Positions 25,320-36,941 of a stretch of 64,000 nucleotides of DNA are shown here, in pieces. How positions within the stretch are numbered: the first letter of the stretch is position 1; every line of letters begins with the position of its first letter. Source of the DNA: Entomortierella parvispora E1425. Lineage: Eukaryota > Fungi > Mortierellomycota. Made by a program: the position numbers and the translations under genes. Location: contig BQFW01000009.1 in assembly GCA_020891255.1 (NCBI GenBank), forward strand, positions 372,001 to 436,000, read 5' to 3'. Under the pieces are notes generated by a model. It worked only from the letters and a program-made list of their open reading frames with translations. It did no database searches and was not told where the DNA came from.

Positions 25320-25869
25320 GGATCAAGTTGGAAAGATGGATCGTATGAGAGGAGAAGGAATGAATGACCACCGTAGGGCATTCTTTGAGACGGAAAGGGG
25401 AGTGGAGAGAAGGAGGGAGAAAGTAAAGAAGAGAGAGAGAGCAGAGAAAAGAAAGAAAAGAAAGAAAAGAAAGAAAGGGAATGCATGCATACATGCTGCA
25501 TACATGCATACATGCATATGTTGCACTTCCCATGGCACATGGTTATTGACATTGCTTTCTCGGAAGGGGATCTCGGTTTCCAGTCACTCTCTCTCTCCTC
25601 TCTCTCTTTGTCATAGCGCTCTTTCTCCTTTTCTTCATATTCATACATACACATACATCCCTGCCCCTCCGTGGCCTCCACGGAGACACGCGAATCCTGG
25701 ACTGCCTCCTTCCTGCCTTCCTTGTCACGCGTCGCGTCCCCGCCGCGCTTTGCTTTATCTCCTTTCTTGCTGGCTGTGGGTGCATGCAACTCTCCTCGAG
25801 GCGTGGCCGAGGCAGTGGTCACCGTGGCCAGTCAAGAGAGAAAGAGTTTCCAATGGGACCAGGTATATA

Positions 25870-26428
25870 TCTCACCCTGGCTTCGTTTTCCTTTCTTTCT
25901 TTCTCAACTCACCCACCTTTCTTTCCCCCCACCTCCCCCACCCATGAAGTGTCTCGCGAACGATCGTTCTTGGCCTCCTTTTATAACCTTCAGCTTCATG
26001 TAAAGGCTTTGGAGGACAAAGGCAGTGCCTCGCTGTGGAAGAACGTGGTCGTTAGACCTTGGCTTTTGTATCGATGATGTAGCGAAGGGCATTCAACGTT
26101 CGCTTTTCATGGCTGTCGTCATCTAGGCTCCATCCGAGATACGCGTGATGCGGTCTCTCTGCACGAACGCGAGTCTTTTTGCAGTGTGCTTGTTCGTTTG
26201 AGAGAGGTTGATCCTTGGATAGGCACATGATGATCCAAAAGCCAACTTCCACCCCCGACCCGCCACCCACTCTAGATCTTGCGTATATTTTTTGCGAACA
26301 AGCACCATTTTTTGGTCCCACGCCCGAACGAACACCAGCTCCTAAGGACTGGATCAAACCCTCCCATATATATCGCGAGTCCATCCCATGTTAGGAATTG
26401 AGTTCTCTCTCGACTTATGTAAGTATTC
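25870..26428 (+). repeat. Diverged, internally deleted third copy of the repeat forming the 34789-37856 inverted arms
   Basis: Shares cttcgttttcctttctttctttctcaact, gaacgatcgttc..gcctcctt.tataaccttcag, caaaggcagtgcctc, tgtcgtcatctag and ggaattgagttctctctc.acttatgtaagtattct with 34890-35625, in the same orientation as the left arm. Confidence 0.85.
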
Positions 26429-26996
26429 TATCGCGCACCCCCTTTTCCCTCTATTCCACCCCTTCTCATTCTATGCCTGCCCTGCATTATGCCAGCATGG
26501 TTCTTATTTTATTATCAATCCTAAATGCGGGTACGTGATACTAAAACGAGCCATCTTGACGCCCAATTGTCACATAAAAGCAAGGGGCTTCAGACTTCCC
26601 GACTTCCCGCTCTTGCAACCTCTCTCTTTTCCTGATCACATTCACCCTGCCAGAACACATCCTCATCTCGACGCACATTATCTTATGTGTTCCGAGGAAC
26701 CATCGTTTGCAATCCCACTTGGATTCAATGATTGGGATTCGTTTTTAGTTGAGAGTACCGACTCAGATTCTGACACGGGTCGTGAATTCTCCGACAATGA
26801 AGACGGCCCTGATGACGGTGGTCATCAAACACTTATGATCGAATCTAGAGTGGAGGAGGAGGAGGACGGCAGCAGCTACCTACGCCAGGTGGGTGCTACT
26901 TCAACCGACGGTTGACATCGGTACCTATGATTTAACCTTCAATCGTTATTTTTCACTCAGCCTATCAGGCGAAGGACCTCTACTCGACCATCTCGC

Positions 26997-29423
26997 TTGG
27001 ACCCTGATGCAATGTCCATTTCCAGCGCATCTTCTCATCCCTCTCTCCGTTCTTCCCCTCCTTTTGTCATCTGCTCACGATCGTCACCTCTTCTAGGTGG
27101 CCTGGTGGCAGCTCGCCCGTCGTACTATGCTCAGCAAAAGAAATCGGGTCTTCAGCCCACATCAATAATGGAAGAGCGCGAGTTCGACATAGTCGGGCAA
27201 ATCCAACGCCAGGATCGGGGCCAGGATCAAGGCCAGGATCGAGGCCAGGATCAAGACCAGCACTATAGCCTTCAAAGCCGACGAGAAATGCTTCAAGGTA
27301 GCCATGAAGCACACGAAGCGTGGTACTCGGCATACGAAGGGTATGAGATCGGCCAACTCCCAACCCCAGAATAGTGTAAGGATGCCCCTACACGCAAAGA
27401 GCCCTTGCTACAATCCCGATAAGGAGAGTTCAGCGAAAGGATAGCACGTCAATGTTCTTTTGGACCCGTGAAGTCGAAGTGACCCTCACAGAAAGTTTCT
27501 CGTATATCAAATGAACGCTAACGGCGAAAAGTGTGGCAAAAAAGACAAAGCCAACAGCAGCAGTCAAGGCAAGGAGGTACATATGGATAGCAACCATAGC
27601 GCTGAATGGCATGCTTTGCTAAAGTTCCGACAATATCAGCACCTTGTCCGCGGATTATCTTTGCCTCAAGGGGAGAGCGAGACCGTCCCCAAATTGGCCC
27701 AGATCCGAGTTGTCCGAGCCGAGATACTCAAGGGTAACTTGAAGCCACACCAATATGAAAAACTGGCCTTCTCCCGAAAATTCCTGAATATGGTGGTCCG
27801 AGGTGGCGCTCCCTTTTTATCTGTTGCAACATGAGAGCGTGACCGAAATGTGCCAGTTCCTAAACCCACATTTCAAGGCGCCAACGGTGCGCTCTCTGCA
27901 AAAACCACTCAGCAAGTTTATTCAGAAGACATGATCTGGCTGAGGACGTACCTTTACCAAAAGATGAATTATGTCTCGCTAACTCTGGATGGCTGGACCA
28001 CTGTCGACAAAAGGAAGTATCTTGGGGTTACAAGTCACTTCTTTGTAAGAAAATCTAACAGTGAATCCATCCTGGTCACTTTTGTGATCGACATGGAGCG
28101 TGTGCATGGATCTCAGACAGGAGAATCCGTCATAGCAATTCTCGGTATATGCCCTCCCTGCTTATTCACTGATATTTTACTATATGTACTGTTTTTCTGA
28201 CTTTGGACGCCATGCCATGCCATATATTAGAGAAGGTCACTCAGTCTTGGGGTCTGTAAGGAAAGGTAGCTTGAACCATTGACCAGGGTTCGAGTATGAA
28301 GAAGGCAATCGCTCTATATCAGGGATTGGAAAGCTTGGCAAGGATTCTGCTCAAGTCATAAGATCCAGTTGTGTATCACCAAGTCGATTGCTAGGAACGC
28401 TGCTGTAAAGGCCATTTTCGATAAGTGCCATCTGATGACAACTCTCATTGCCAACAGCAGCTATCTTGAGGAACGACTTTGCTATCATCAACGCGACGTT
28501 TATGGTCGAGACAGAAAGCCACTGAAAGTCAGGACACCAAACTATACTCGGTGGAACTCCTGGTTCATGATGGTCGAGAGGATCCTTATTGTCAACACAG
28601 CAATAACCGCATTGCACACTGAGCTGGCTGCCCCCTCACTGGCGGATCTCAGAGACAAAGGCAAGGAGGTTCAAAATCGGATGCTTACTGCGGAGGAATC
28701 CCATGAATTGGACGAGATGCTTGCCCTGCTACTGCCTGCCACCAGGTTCACTCAGTGGGCTGGATCCGCTTCAAGACCGACGCTATCTCAGGTGTACTTC
28801 CGAGTCCACAGTATCCTCCCACCGTTCGATCAAGTCATTACAGAAGCAGGTATCTCTCTGTACGAAATTATGGATCGTCACATTAACGAATCCTGGCCTC
28901 TCGGGTCAATCCCAGATGCTATACTTTAGTCGACTTTTTTCAACCCGGCCTGCGTCACAGATACCTTCTAGGACAAGGTGGTCAACGGGGTTTCGCTGCG
29001 AGAGCGAGTAACTTAAACCGCCATAGAGGACGTCCTACACATGAAAAAGAAGGGGCGGGAGAAAGCCAGAAAAGTACGTAATGTTCCGGAACGATTCGAA
29101 GACGATGACGGCGTACTCGTTTCTTTGGCGGAGATGGCTGTCTCGACCTACTTTCGTCAGTTGACGCAATGGAGAGATGATGCTCTGCAGCTCGCCGATA
29201 ACCCACAGGCTGGTGGCTCAAAAAGCTTGGACACCAAATCTGTGGCAGCATGGCAAAGGTAGCACCAAAGTACCTTTGTATCCAGGCGACTTCTTCCGCG
29301 TCTGAACGTGCATTTAGTCATACCGGTTTAATTCTTGCACCCAGGAGATCAAATATGGCTGATCGCAATTTCCAAAACACAATCTTCGGATGAAGCTGGG
29401 CCTCTACTTGGGAATTTATTTAA
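26997..29423 (+). mobile_element. hAT-superfamily transposase relic (pseudogene)
   Basis: VSLTLDGWT (first Asp), TIDQGSSM (second Asp region), TRWNSWFMMVER, and C-terminal KYLCIQATSSASERAFS (catalytic Glu/dimerisation domain). In-frame stops and frameshifts; likely original stop TAA at 29421-29423. Confidence 0.9.
27210..27260 (+). repeat. 12-nt tandem repeat x4 (caggatc(g/a)(g/a)ggc), encoding QDRG/QDQG
   Basis: Directly visible. Confidence 0.9.
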
Positions 29424-29499
29424 ACTAGCAGATTTGCTCGTGGCTATCGCCACGAGCTTTTTTCTTTTCTCGTTTCTTTATTGCAGAACAACCATTGAT

Positions 29500-30957
29500 T
29501 CACCATTCTAAAGCCCGACGATATACTACGTTACGTGTGTATGTGCCTTCTTGTCCCTTGACAGCGCCGTCTGCTACAAAAACCTTCAAGTTATCAGGAT
29601 TGGTGCAACGAGAAAGCGCGACATACAGCTGACCGTGAGAAAAGGCACTCTGAGAAAGGAAGACAGCCACATGGTTGAGAGTCGGCCCTTGACTCTTGTT
29701 GATGGTCATGGCGAAAGCAGGCTTAACAGGAAACTGCAATCGTGTTATTGGAACAGGCGCAGAGCCGTCCTCGAACGTTGTGTGATAGATCGGGCAGAGG
29801 GTGACCTGCTGACCAGCTTTCTCTCCCGTTGCGAAAGTGGCGATGATGATATGATTATATGTTTCCTTGACAATTAGCCTCGTTCCATTACAGAGGCCAT
29901 TCATGGTGTCAATGTTGCGGATGCACATGATTGGCATTCCCGGCTTCAGTCGTAGTTCGTATGGGGGGAAATCCGGGGGAACAAAATCCTTGAGATCGTG
30001 CTGGCTAATAACGCGACTGGCTTCTCCATCATCATCGTTGGCAACGGTGTCTATTGCTGTATAAACCGCAGCTTCTTGGTCAGGACAAAACATTTCCGTT
30101 ATCCGTTTGTCCAACTTCAGCATTTTTGTCGCCGTCGAGTCGTCCTGTAGGTAGAGTTCGTTGATAATGGCCATCTTAAATTTGTGCAAGAGAGGTACAC
30201 TGGTCAGATCCAAGGCCTGCAGCGCACTTACAGGCGGACCGGTATGAGGAGCAGCACGTTGCTGGAACGGGTTGGACTGCCCAATAGGAGACGATGATCG
30301 TGTATCCGGAAAGTTGAGACTGCCCACGTTTGCAGTCTTGACAACATCGGAGGCGAAACTTGATAAGGAAAATGGCTCAAGGGGAGAAGCGGAAGGGCTT
30401 GGCAGCACCGGCGCCTTGTCCTTGCCCTTATTCTTGTCCAAACAGTCGTCAGCGGACACTGTCAACTGATTCGACGGCTGATCATCAGGGTTTTCAGCCA
30501 GAGCTGACGCATTGTCTATGCTGTCTTTGACCTGTCGACGTTTGGACCTGGGACGAATCGACGGTCTGGATACAACTGGCGCTTTGTAGGTGCTGTCCTT
30601 AGCCTGGCGACCTCTAGATCTGGTACGGGTTGGTAGTTCGTCTTCTTTCTTCTTGCTCTCTTCCTCGTCCTCCTCCTCGTCCTCCTCCTCGTCCTCCTCC
30701 TCGCCCTCCTCAGCGATCTGAACACCATTGTCAATTTCGATGAACCTTTCATCAACAGCGGTAATCGAAGCTGATGACTGTTTGCTGGGAATGTTGGACT
30801 CCTTGTCCTTGCTCTTCGCGCTGTCTCTTTGGAAATATCTGGTACGGATTAATGGCTCGTCATCGTCATCATGGTCGTAGCCCTCAACAATATCATCGTG
30901 CTCCATGCTGTCAAAGTCATTGTCCTCGGCGACTTGGGTGCTTGTGTCAATATCCAT
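29500..30957 (-). CDS. Helitron-type PIF1 helicase C-terminal half fused to an acidic low-complexity region (frame open upstream to ~31150; possible further exons to 31736)
   Basis: FPPYELRLKPGMPIMCIRNID..NGLCNGTRLIV, RLQFPVKPAFAMTINKSQG, FSHGQLYVALSRC, TRNVVY. No Walker A/B and no HUH Rep motifs seen. Confidence 0.85.
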   Translation of the reverse strand: MDIDTSTQVAEDNDFDSMEHDDIVEGYDHDDDDEPLIRTRYFQRDSAKSKDKESNIPSKQSSASITAVDERFIEIDNGVQIAEEGEEEDEEEDEEEDEEESKKKEDELPTRTRSRGRQAKDSTYKAPVVSRPSIRPRSKRRQVKDSIDNASALAENPDDQPSNQLTVSADDCLDKNKGKDKAPVLPSPSASPLEPFSLSSFASDVVKTANVGSLNFPDTRSSSPIGQSNPFQQRAAPHTGPPVSALQALDLTSVPLLHKFKMAIINELYLQDDSTATKMLKLDKRITEMFCPDQEAAVYTAIDTVANDDDGEASRVISQHDLKDFVPPDFPPYELRLKPGMPIMCIRNIDTMNGLCNGTRLIVKETYNHIIIATFATGEKAGQQVTLCPIYHTTFEDGSAPVPITRLQFPVKPAFAMTINKSQGPTLNHVAVFLSQSAFSHGQLYVALSRCTNPDNLKVFVADGAVKGQEGTYTRNVVYRRALEW

Positions 30958-32024
30958 AAGTCCGTCATCCGCAAGTTGAGCAAGAGTTGATAATTGCTGA
31001 TAACTTTTGCTGATGACTTCACCATCAATGGAGACGTCCTGAGCTCTATTGTTCTTTAAAGCTTCGTATGCTTGGATCCCAAGCCCCTCGAAAGCCGCGA
31101 AATCACGAGGAAGTGGCTCTCCCTTTTTTGCTAAATCTAAAACCTTTAGTGTAGGCCATTCTCAACGTCAGGGGCATTCGGTTCTCTTCGTTGTTGGCGT
31201 TGGCTTCCAGAGAGTCTAATGGTGTTGACTTTGAGAGTGATTCTGTAACGAGCCCTAATTTTTGGTTGCCAGTCTCAAACAGATCTATATATCTAACGCA
31301 TGGGCATCGGAGGGAAGACGTCGTTAGTAGGCACGACACCTTCGGTCTTGCTTGATACAAACATACAAATAATATAACAGTCTGCAAAACTTACTCGCAT
31401 TCGGCATACATCCTGCGTGTCTGAAACTGAAGCCTCCTTTTTGTCTGCAGACTTTCGTGGAGACCCAAGCTTGGCTTTCTTGAAGTCGATGGTTCTGTTT
31501 GTGTAGGTGCTGCTAGTGCTGGCAGGCGTGGCGACGGCTTTCAGGCCCTTTTGCGGACGGATACTCTCGAGTTTGACCTGAACCATATCCTCGTGACCGT
31601 CATCGTCCTTCTCTCGCTGTCTCTTTCTCTTGTCTTGATTGGCGCTGCCAGTGCCACATGTATTGAGGGTGCATGGACGAGGCGCCGCGTGCGAACGTGT
31701 TATCACTCGTCGGCTATTTTTCTGAGCTTTTGTCATCGGATAATGCCTCTTGGAGATTCCGTTACCTGTTATTTTGTTGATAGAACGAAGGCAATGCGGG
31801 GCGTGTCAATATGAATTGTGGTGAATAAAGATAGAGGAGAAGGTGCGAGGAAGCCTTGTCGGCGCTTCACCTTATAGCCGCATCCACTATTTGTTACTTT
31901 CGGTGCTATCGCTCACCTGCACTGTCGTGCGGTCGGTCCAAGACATGTCGGTGCGCCGCTTATGTGGGGCTGCTGTCGAATGATGTCGCATTATTCCATC
32001 GAAATTTGCTTGCGTTTTCCTTTT

Positions 32025-32191
32025 GACCTGTTGTCCTGCTGTTTACCATGTGCTGTTATCCTGCTGTTCACCATGTGCCGCGTTTCCTGTTATCCTGCTG
32101 TTCACCATGTGCCGCGTTTCCTGTTATCCTGCTGTTCACCATGTGCCGCGTTTCCTGTTGTCCTGCTGTTCACCATGTGCGGCGTTTCCTG
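32025..32191 (+). repeat. 34-nt minisatellite (ctgctgttcaccatgtgccgcgtttcctgttatc), 4 copies plus a degenerate one
   Basis: Copies start at 32061, 32095, 32129 and 32163. Confidence 0.95.
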
Positions 32192-34111
32192 ATGACCTCT
32201 TGTCCTGCCCCCTGTTCACTCTGCGCTTCGTCAAAATTCACATGGTTCTATATTGGACCGCATTTCCAGATTGCTTGCTTACGGCAGCGGGGTCAAGAGG
32301 TCAAAGGTAGGGAAGGAAAGAAGGTCGTCTCTCAAAACATGCTTCACTTTTTTCAGTACTGTTTATGTTGTTACCTCGTGTTGCTCACACATGCAGCACG
32401 TTGCCATGGTCATGAGTGCCTTGGACATGAATGCCTTGGTCATGAATGCCTTGTAAAAAGGGGTGAAGACAACGTGGCATGGGATGAATCCGTCAGGGGG
32501 GATTGGGGCATTGGAGTGTTGGTGGTATTGTTACGTCAAGTGAGTCTACAGTCGGTGGTATTGTTGCGTCAAGTGAGTCATATGAGTCTACAAACTTGCT
32601 GTGGACAGGATGAAGAATGGGCTTTGGTCAAGAAGGTTGGAGAATGAAAAAGCACGCTCCACGAAAAACACGCTCCACGAAAAGTACCAGAGATAATCAC
32701 GTGATACGTAGAATATTTTACGTACGACTTCTTTGTCATTTAGAGATCTCATCAATTTTGTGGTGTCAATAAGAGAATTAAGTACGCAAAAACATCGGCT
32801 TCAGAATTAATATTACGAAGAATAAAGCGTGTCCTGATTAAAGGGCTTTGGACCTTCTTGTCGCCTGTCCGCTCGCCCCGGATGAACTCCCAAACTCGCA
32901 GCAAGAAAAATAACAGTACCTTTCTTGAATCCTCTGAATTTGATGTGTATCGCTCCCTGCCTTCTTGTTGTCCTTTGTTGTTTTGCTTGCTTTGGTCCCT
33001 TGGTACTATCCCTTGATGCTGTCCCTTGATGCTATCCCTTGATGTTGTGATTTTGATGATGTCCTCCCTTGGTGGTGTTGTCCTTTGATGTTCTTCGTCA
33101 TTACTTTTTCCCCTGTGTCTTGTCAAATACCTTGCCTTCCCTTTGTCAGAAGGTGGATTAATGTTGCCTTTACTACTCCTTTGCTACCATGCAATGGGCC
33201 ACGAGCTCGTACATCCATCTGCAGTAGTCCTGCCTCACTCTCACCCTCACAGGCCTTTCCCTCATCCTCCTCGCCCTCTACACCTTCTTGGCACATCTTG
33301 ATGAACGCAGCTCCTTTTTCGTGGATCCAGTATCGGATCCCGCTGACACGCCCTGTCTGGGGTTATTGTTTGCACTCCTTGATCTTCTTGCGTCCTTTCA
33401 ACCTTTCCCTGCGATCTTGCCATTGATCTTCCTGGTCCTTGTGACTCCTTCCATCTTGCTAATTTCTTTCCTTCACTCCATCTTTATTTTTTTTCTTGCG
33501 ACGTCGCGTCCCTGGCGTGTTTTACATTGATCTCCTGTCTTAATGGGTTTGTATTACTGATAATTTTCGTTCCTCATACAAGAAGAGCTACCCAGAGTGC
33601 CCCAATATTGGAAAATTAGCTCTAAGCCGCATCACTGCTTGTAGAGATTAGAGATTAGAGATAGTCCACTGTCAGCCACCTTGAGTCTCTCTCCCACCTG
33701 AATCACTTCCATTGACCTATCCTTTCTATATCCCACCTCTGCTCTTCACCAGATCTACCATGTGCTTGTCCTTTCCTGTCATGCTTGGTGTAGTTTCGGT
33801 GTTATGTCTAACTTCTCCTTGCATTTTCTTATCCCTTGCTTTTCTATTGCCCAGCTTTTGCTTGTGTCCCCTTCACTCTTTAAACTATGGAGCTCGATGT
33901 ATTCTGTATCTCTGATCTGTTCTCTCTCTCCCGGTCCAGACACCCAAAGGAAGATATTTATCCTTTGATCCTGGGTAGCCCCTTGATCTCAGCGACTGTC
34001 TCTGTAACTATAAAACCAGCGTCGTTTTTATTTTCCTCTAACATACTTTCAGCTTCATCAAGATCAACCACGATTACAACATCATCCTCAACACTCACAT
34101 CAACACAAAAC

Positions 34112-34546
34112 ATGATATTTCCACTTCGCTCTCTTGGAGTTGTTATTGGGTGCTGCATGATGCTGTCTGCCATTTCAACCATTGCATTTGCACTCACGCC
34201 ACAGGAAATACAGGATACAATCAATAAACACCCCCAATGGTCACAGGAACAAAAAGATCTCGCCCTCAAGGATGGCCCTAAAATTCTGAGGGTACAAGGG
34301 CTCGAGGCTCTTGTTGACAGTCTCCCCAGCTACAAGGCTTTTCAGGAGAAAGAGGCGGCTCAAAGAAAAGCCGCCGTGGAAGCCCGGCGCCAGCGCAGTA
34401 TCCAGTGTTTCGACTACCTTGATTGTCTGAAGCGTTGTCCATCCAAGAACTTTCGACTTTCCGAAATCAGTTCGACTGAAACTAGGGGTAAACCGACTGA
34501 GAAACCAGTTCTTAACAGTATCTCATATGGCTTCTTTTGTGCTTGA
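34112..34546 (+). CDS. Small secreted protein (144 aa), unknown function
   Basis: MIFPLRSLGVVIGCCMMLSAISTIAFA| signal-peptide-like N-terminus with an AFA cleavage site; intronless; four Cys in the C-terminal part. Confidence 0.7.
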   Translation: MIFPLRSLGVVIGCCMMLSAISTIAFALTPQEIQDTINKHPQWSQEQKDLALKDGPKILRVQGLEALVDSLPSYKAFQEKEAAQRKAAVEARRQRSIQCFDYLDCLKRCPSKNFRLSEISSTETRGKPTEKPVLNSISYGFFCA

Positions 34547-34788
34547 GTGCAACAGGAACACGTCGTAGAGAATTGCAACAGCAATACAGCAGCACGGTCA
34601 GACCTTTATCTGCACCTATATAAGCCCATCCCTAGAAATACAATAAACATCACTTCTTGTCTCTACTCCACCCCCAGCACTCCCATTGCAGGAAGACGCG
34701 TGCCGGATGACAGCCTAGGTTCGTGACAGAGAGAAAGAAAAGAGAGGAAAGTGAGGAGGGAACAAAAGAGTGCAGAGTATGTGTGCTT

Positions 34789-35697
34789 CACCTAAAAAAA
34801 AATAAACTTGCAGATATCATGATGATAAAATGAAACACATTGAGCAGTCACCGCGATCAATCTTGAAAACTGCCCGCCAAGACCTGCACCTCTTCGTTTT
34901 TCCTTTCTTTCTTTCTCAACTTACCCACCACCCCCCCCCCCCCCAACTTCCATCCCCCCAGACTACCGAATACCACACACCTAGACACACACCTACGGCC
35001 ACACAAGAAGCTCGAGGAGGTCGACGAGAGGAGAGGACGATGACGAGGTAAATGTTCTGCTCTCTTTGGAAGTTTTGTACCAAGGAGCCTTGCTACGAGC
35101 ATCCATACTGACTTTTCTTCGTCTGGTGAACGATCGTTCCTTGCCTCCTTATATAACCTTCAGGTTCGTGTAAAGCTTTTAAGGACAAAAGGACAAAGGC
35201 AGTGCCTCCCTGTGGAACAGACGCGGCCTTCAGACCTTGTCTTTTGCGTTGGTGCTGTAGAGATGGTCACTCAACGCTCACTTCTCATACTGTCGTCATC
35301 TAGACTCCATCAGAGACCTGCGTGATGCGGTCTCTCCTCGCGAACACGAGTCTATTTGCAGTTTGCATGTTCGTTTGAGAGAGTTTGATCAGCGCTGATC
35401 CTTGGATGGGCACATGATGATCCGAAAGCTAACTTCCACCTCCACCCGCCACATTCTAGACTTGCGAACATACTTTGCGTATATTTTTTGCGAACAGGCA
35501 CCATTCTTTGGTCGCACCCCCAAACGAACACCAGCACCATAGGTCTGGATCAAAACCTTCCACATGTATCGCGAGTCGATCCCATGTCAGGAATTGAGTT
35601 CTCTCTCAACTTATGTAAGTATTCTCAGGTCAAATCTGCTTTCTGTCTCGTCAATTACAACTGAGCGCCATATTAATAAATTTTCTCTGGGTCATTT
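34789..35697 (+). repeat. Left arm of a ~0.9-kb near-identical inverted repeat
   Basis: cacctaaaaaaaaata...ggtcattt is the reverse complement of 36942-37856, with few mismatches and small indels. Confidence 0.95.
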
Positions 35698-36348
35698 TAT
35701 TGTGCCCTTCAAATAAAAATACACTGCATCCAACTATTTATTCCGTGAATAAATAAAACGCCGTGTTATTCATCGATGTTTTTGGGCACTTTTTGTGACC
35801 AAAAACACTATGAAATAACAAGTCTCCGCCACCCTCTTCGTTATTCGTGGTCCGATGGAAGTGGAAAGCTCTCTTGGTGTTGGAATAGTGCAAATTATTA
35901 ATTTGGGGAGTCGCCTTATTCCGCGACTAGGGCACCGTTTTTTGATTTTTATGTGAAAGTCACAATAGTCACAATAATTAATTAATTATAATAATTCGAG
36001 ATTTTTTATTTTTTCCACTTGTCAAGACGCGTCATGGTGGCGTGCAGCGTGATTGATTGATTGATTGATTGATTGCTGATTAATTACATTCATCCAACTC
36101 TCATCACTTCCTCCATCACACTCTATCCACCACACTCTATCCACCACACTCCATCAACATTCCATTTCCCGCTTCTCCCTGGTTTCGTTCCGTTTCCTCC
36201 ATTCCGTTCTTTCACACATCCCCCACCTCACTTCCTTCCCTCTTTCCCTCGCTTGTTTCCTTGAACTCGCACGACCGCTGACTCGCTCTCAGTTCGTTTG
36301 TTCATTCTACTTTTAGCATTTTATGTTTTATATTCGGTTTGGGATAGC

Positions 36349-36871
36349 TGCGACGCGGCGCTTCTCGGCTGCGGTTTGGTCACCGCACAAGAGTTGACCC
36401 TCCGTCAGGTATACTGATGGCGCTTTCAGTAGCCAGCCCAGTATAGTGGTTCTTTGTGAGCTTGACTGGCCTCTTGACATCTGTTGTCCTGAGGCGCAAG
36501 TCATTATCTCCTTGCTCAGACTCTCTTGTAAAGTCGACCCTTGAGAAGAGAGCATCGATGATAAAGAATTGCACTGAACTCCGTCTCTCCGGACTTCAGC
36601 TATCCCTTCGCAAAGAGTGATGCGACGCGGCGCTTCTCGGCTGCGGTTTGGTCGCCGCAGCAAGAGTTGACCCTCCGTCAGGTATATTGATGGCGCTTTC
36701 AGTAGCCAGCCCAGTATAGTGGTTCTTTGTGAGCTTGACTGGCCTCTTGACATCTGTTGTCCTGAGGCGCAAGTCATTATCTCCTTGCTCAGACTCTCAT
36801 GTAAAGTCGACCCTTGAGAAGAGAGCATCGATGATAAAGAATTGCACTGAACTACGTCTCTCCGGACTTCA
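36349..36871 (+). repeat. Tandem duplication of a 250-nt unit (36349-36598 and 36621-36871)
   Basis: Both units run tgcgacgcggcgcttctcggctgcgg...ggacttca, nearly identical, period 272 nt. Confidence 0.95.
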
Positions 36872-36941
36872 CCATTCTTTGGCCTTTTTATATATAATTT
36901 ATATAAATATATTTTGGTAAATTATTGTGACTATCAGGTAG

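Larger units (their letters stand above)
29425..32746 (-). mobile_element. Non-autonomous Helitron derivative (~3.3 kb)
   Basis: 3' end: 9-bp stem hairpin GCTCGTGGC-loop-GCCACGAGC (29436-29457), then 7 nt, then CTAG (29428-29425) followed by T. Internal PIF1/Hel helicase ORF. Candidate 5' end A|TCTCTAAATG at 32746 is less certain. Confidence 0.75.

Noticed and set aside
25177-25947. 256-aa ORF and overlapping ORFs upstream of the WD40 gene
   Set aside because: They arise from GA/CT low-complexity promoter sequence and have no domain-like content.
32061-32191. 34-nt repeats as a CRISPR array
   Set aside because: The units are head-to-tail with no unique spacers, the context is eukaryotic, and there are no cas genes.
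36400-36440. Plus-strand RYTDGAFSSQP resembling the RNase H YTDG motif
   Set aside because: No further RNase H catalytic residues and no RT or integrase nearby; the frame stops soon after. Probably chance.
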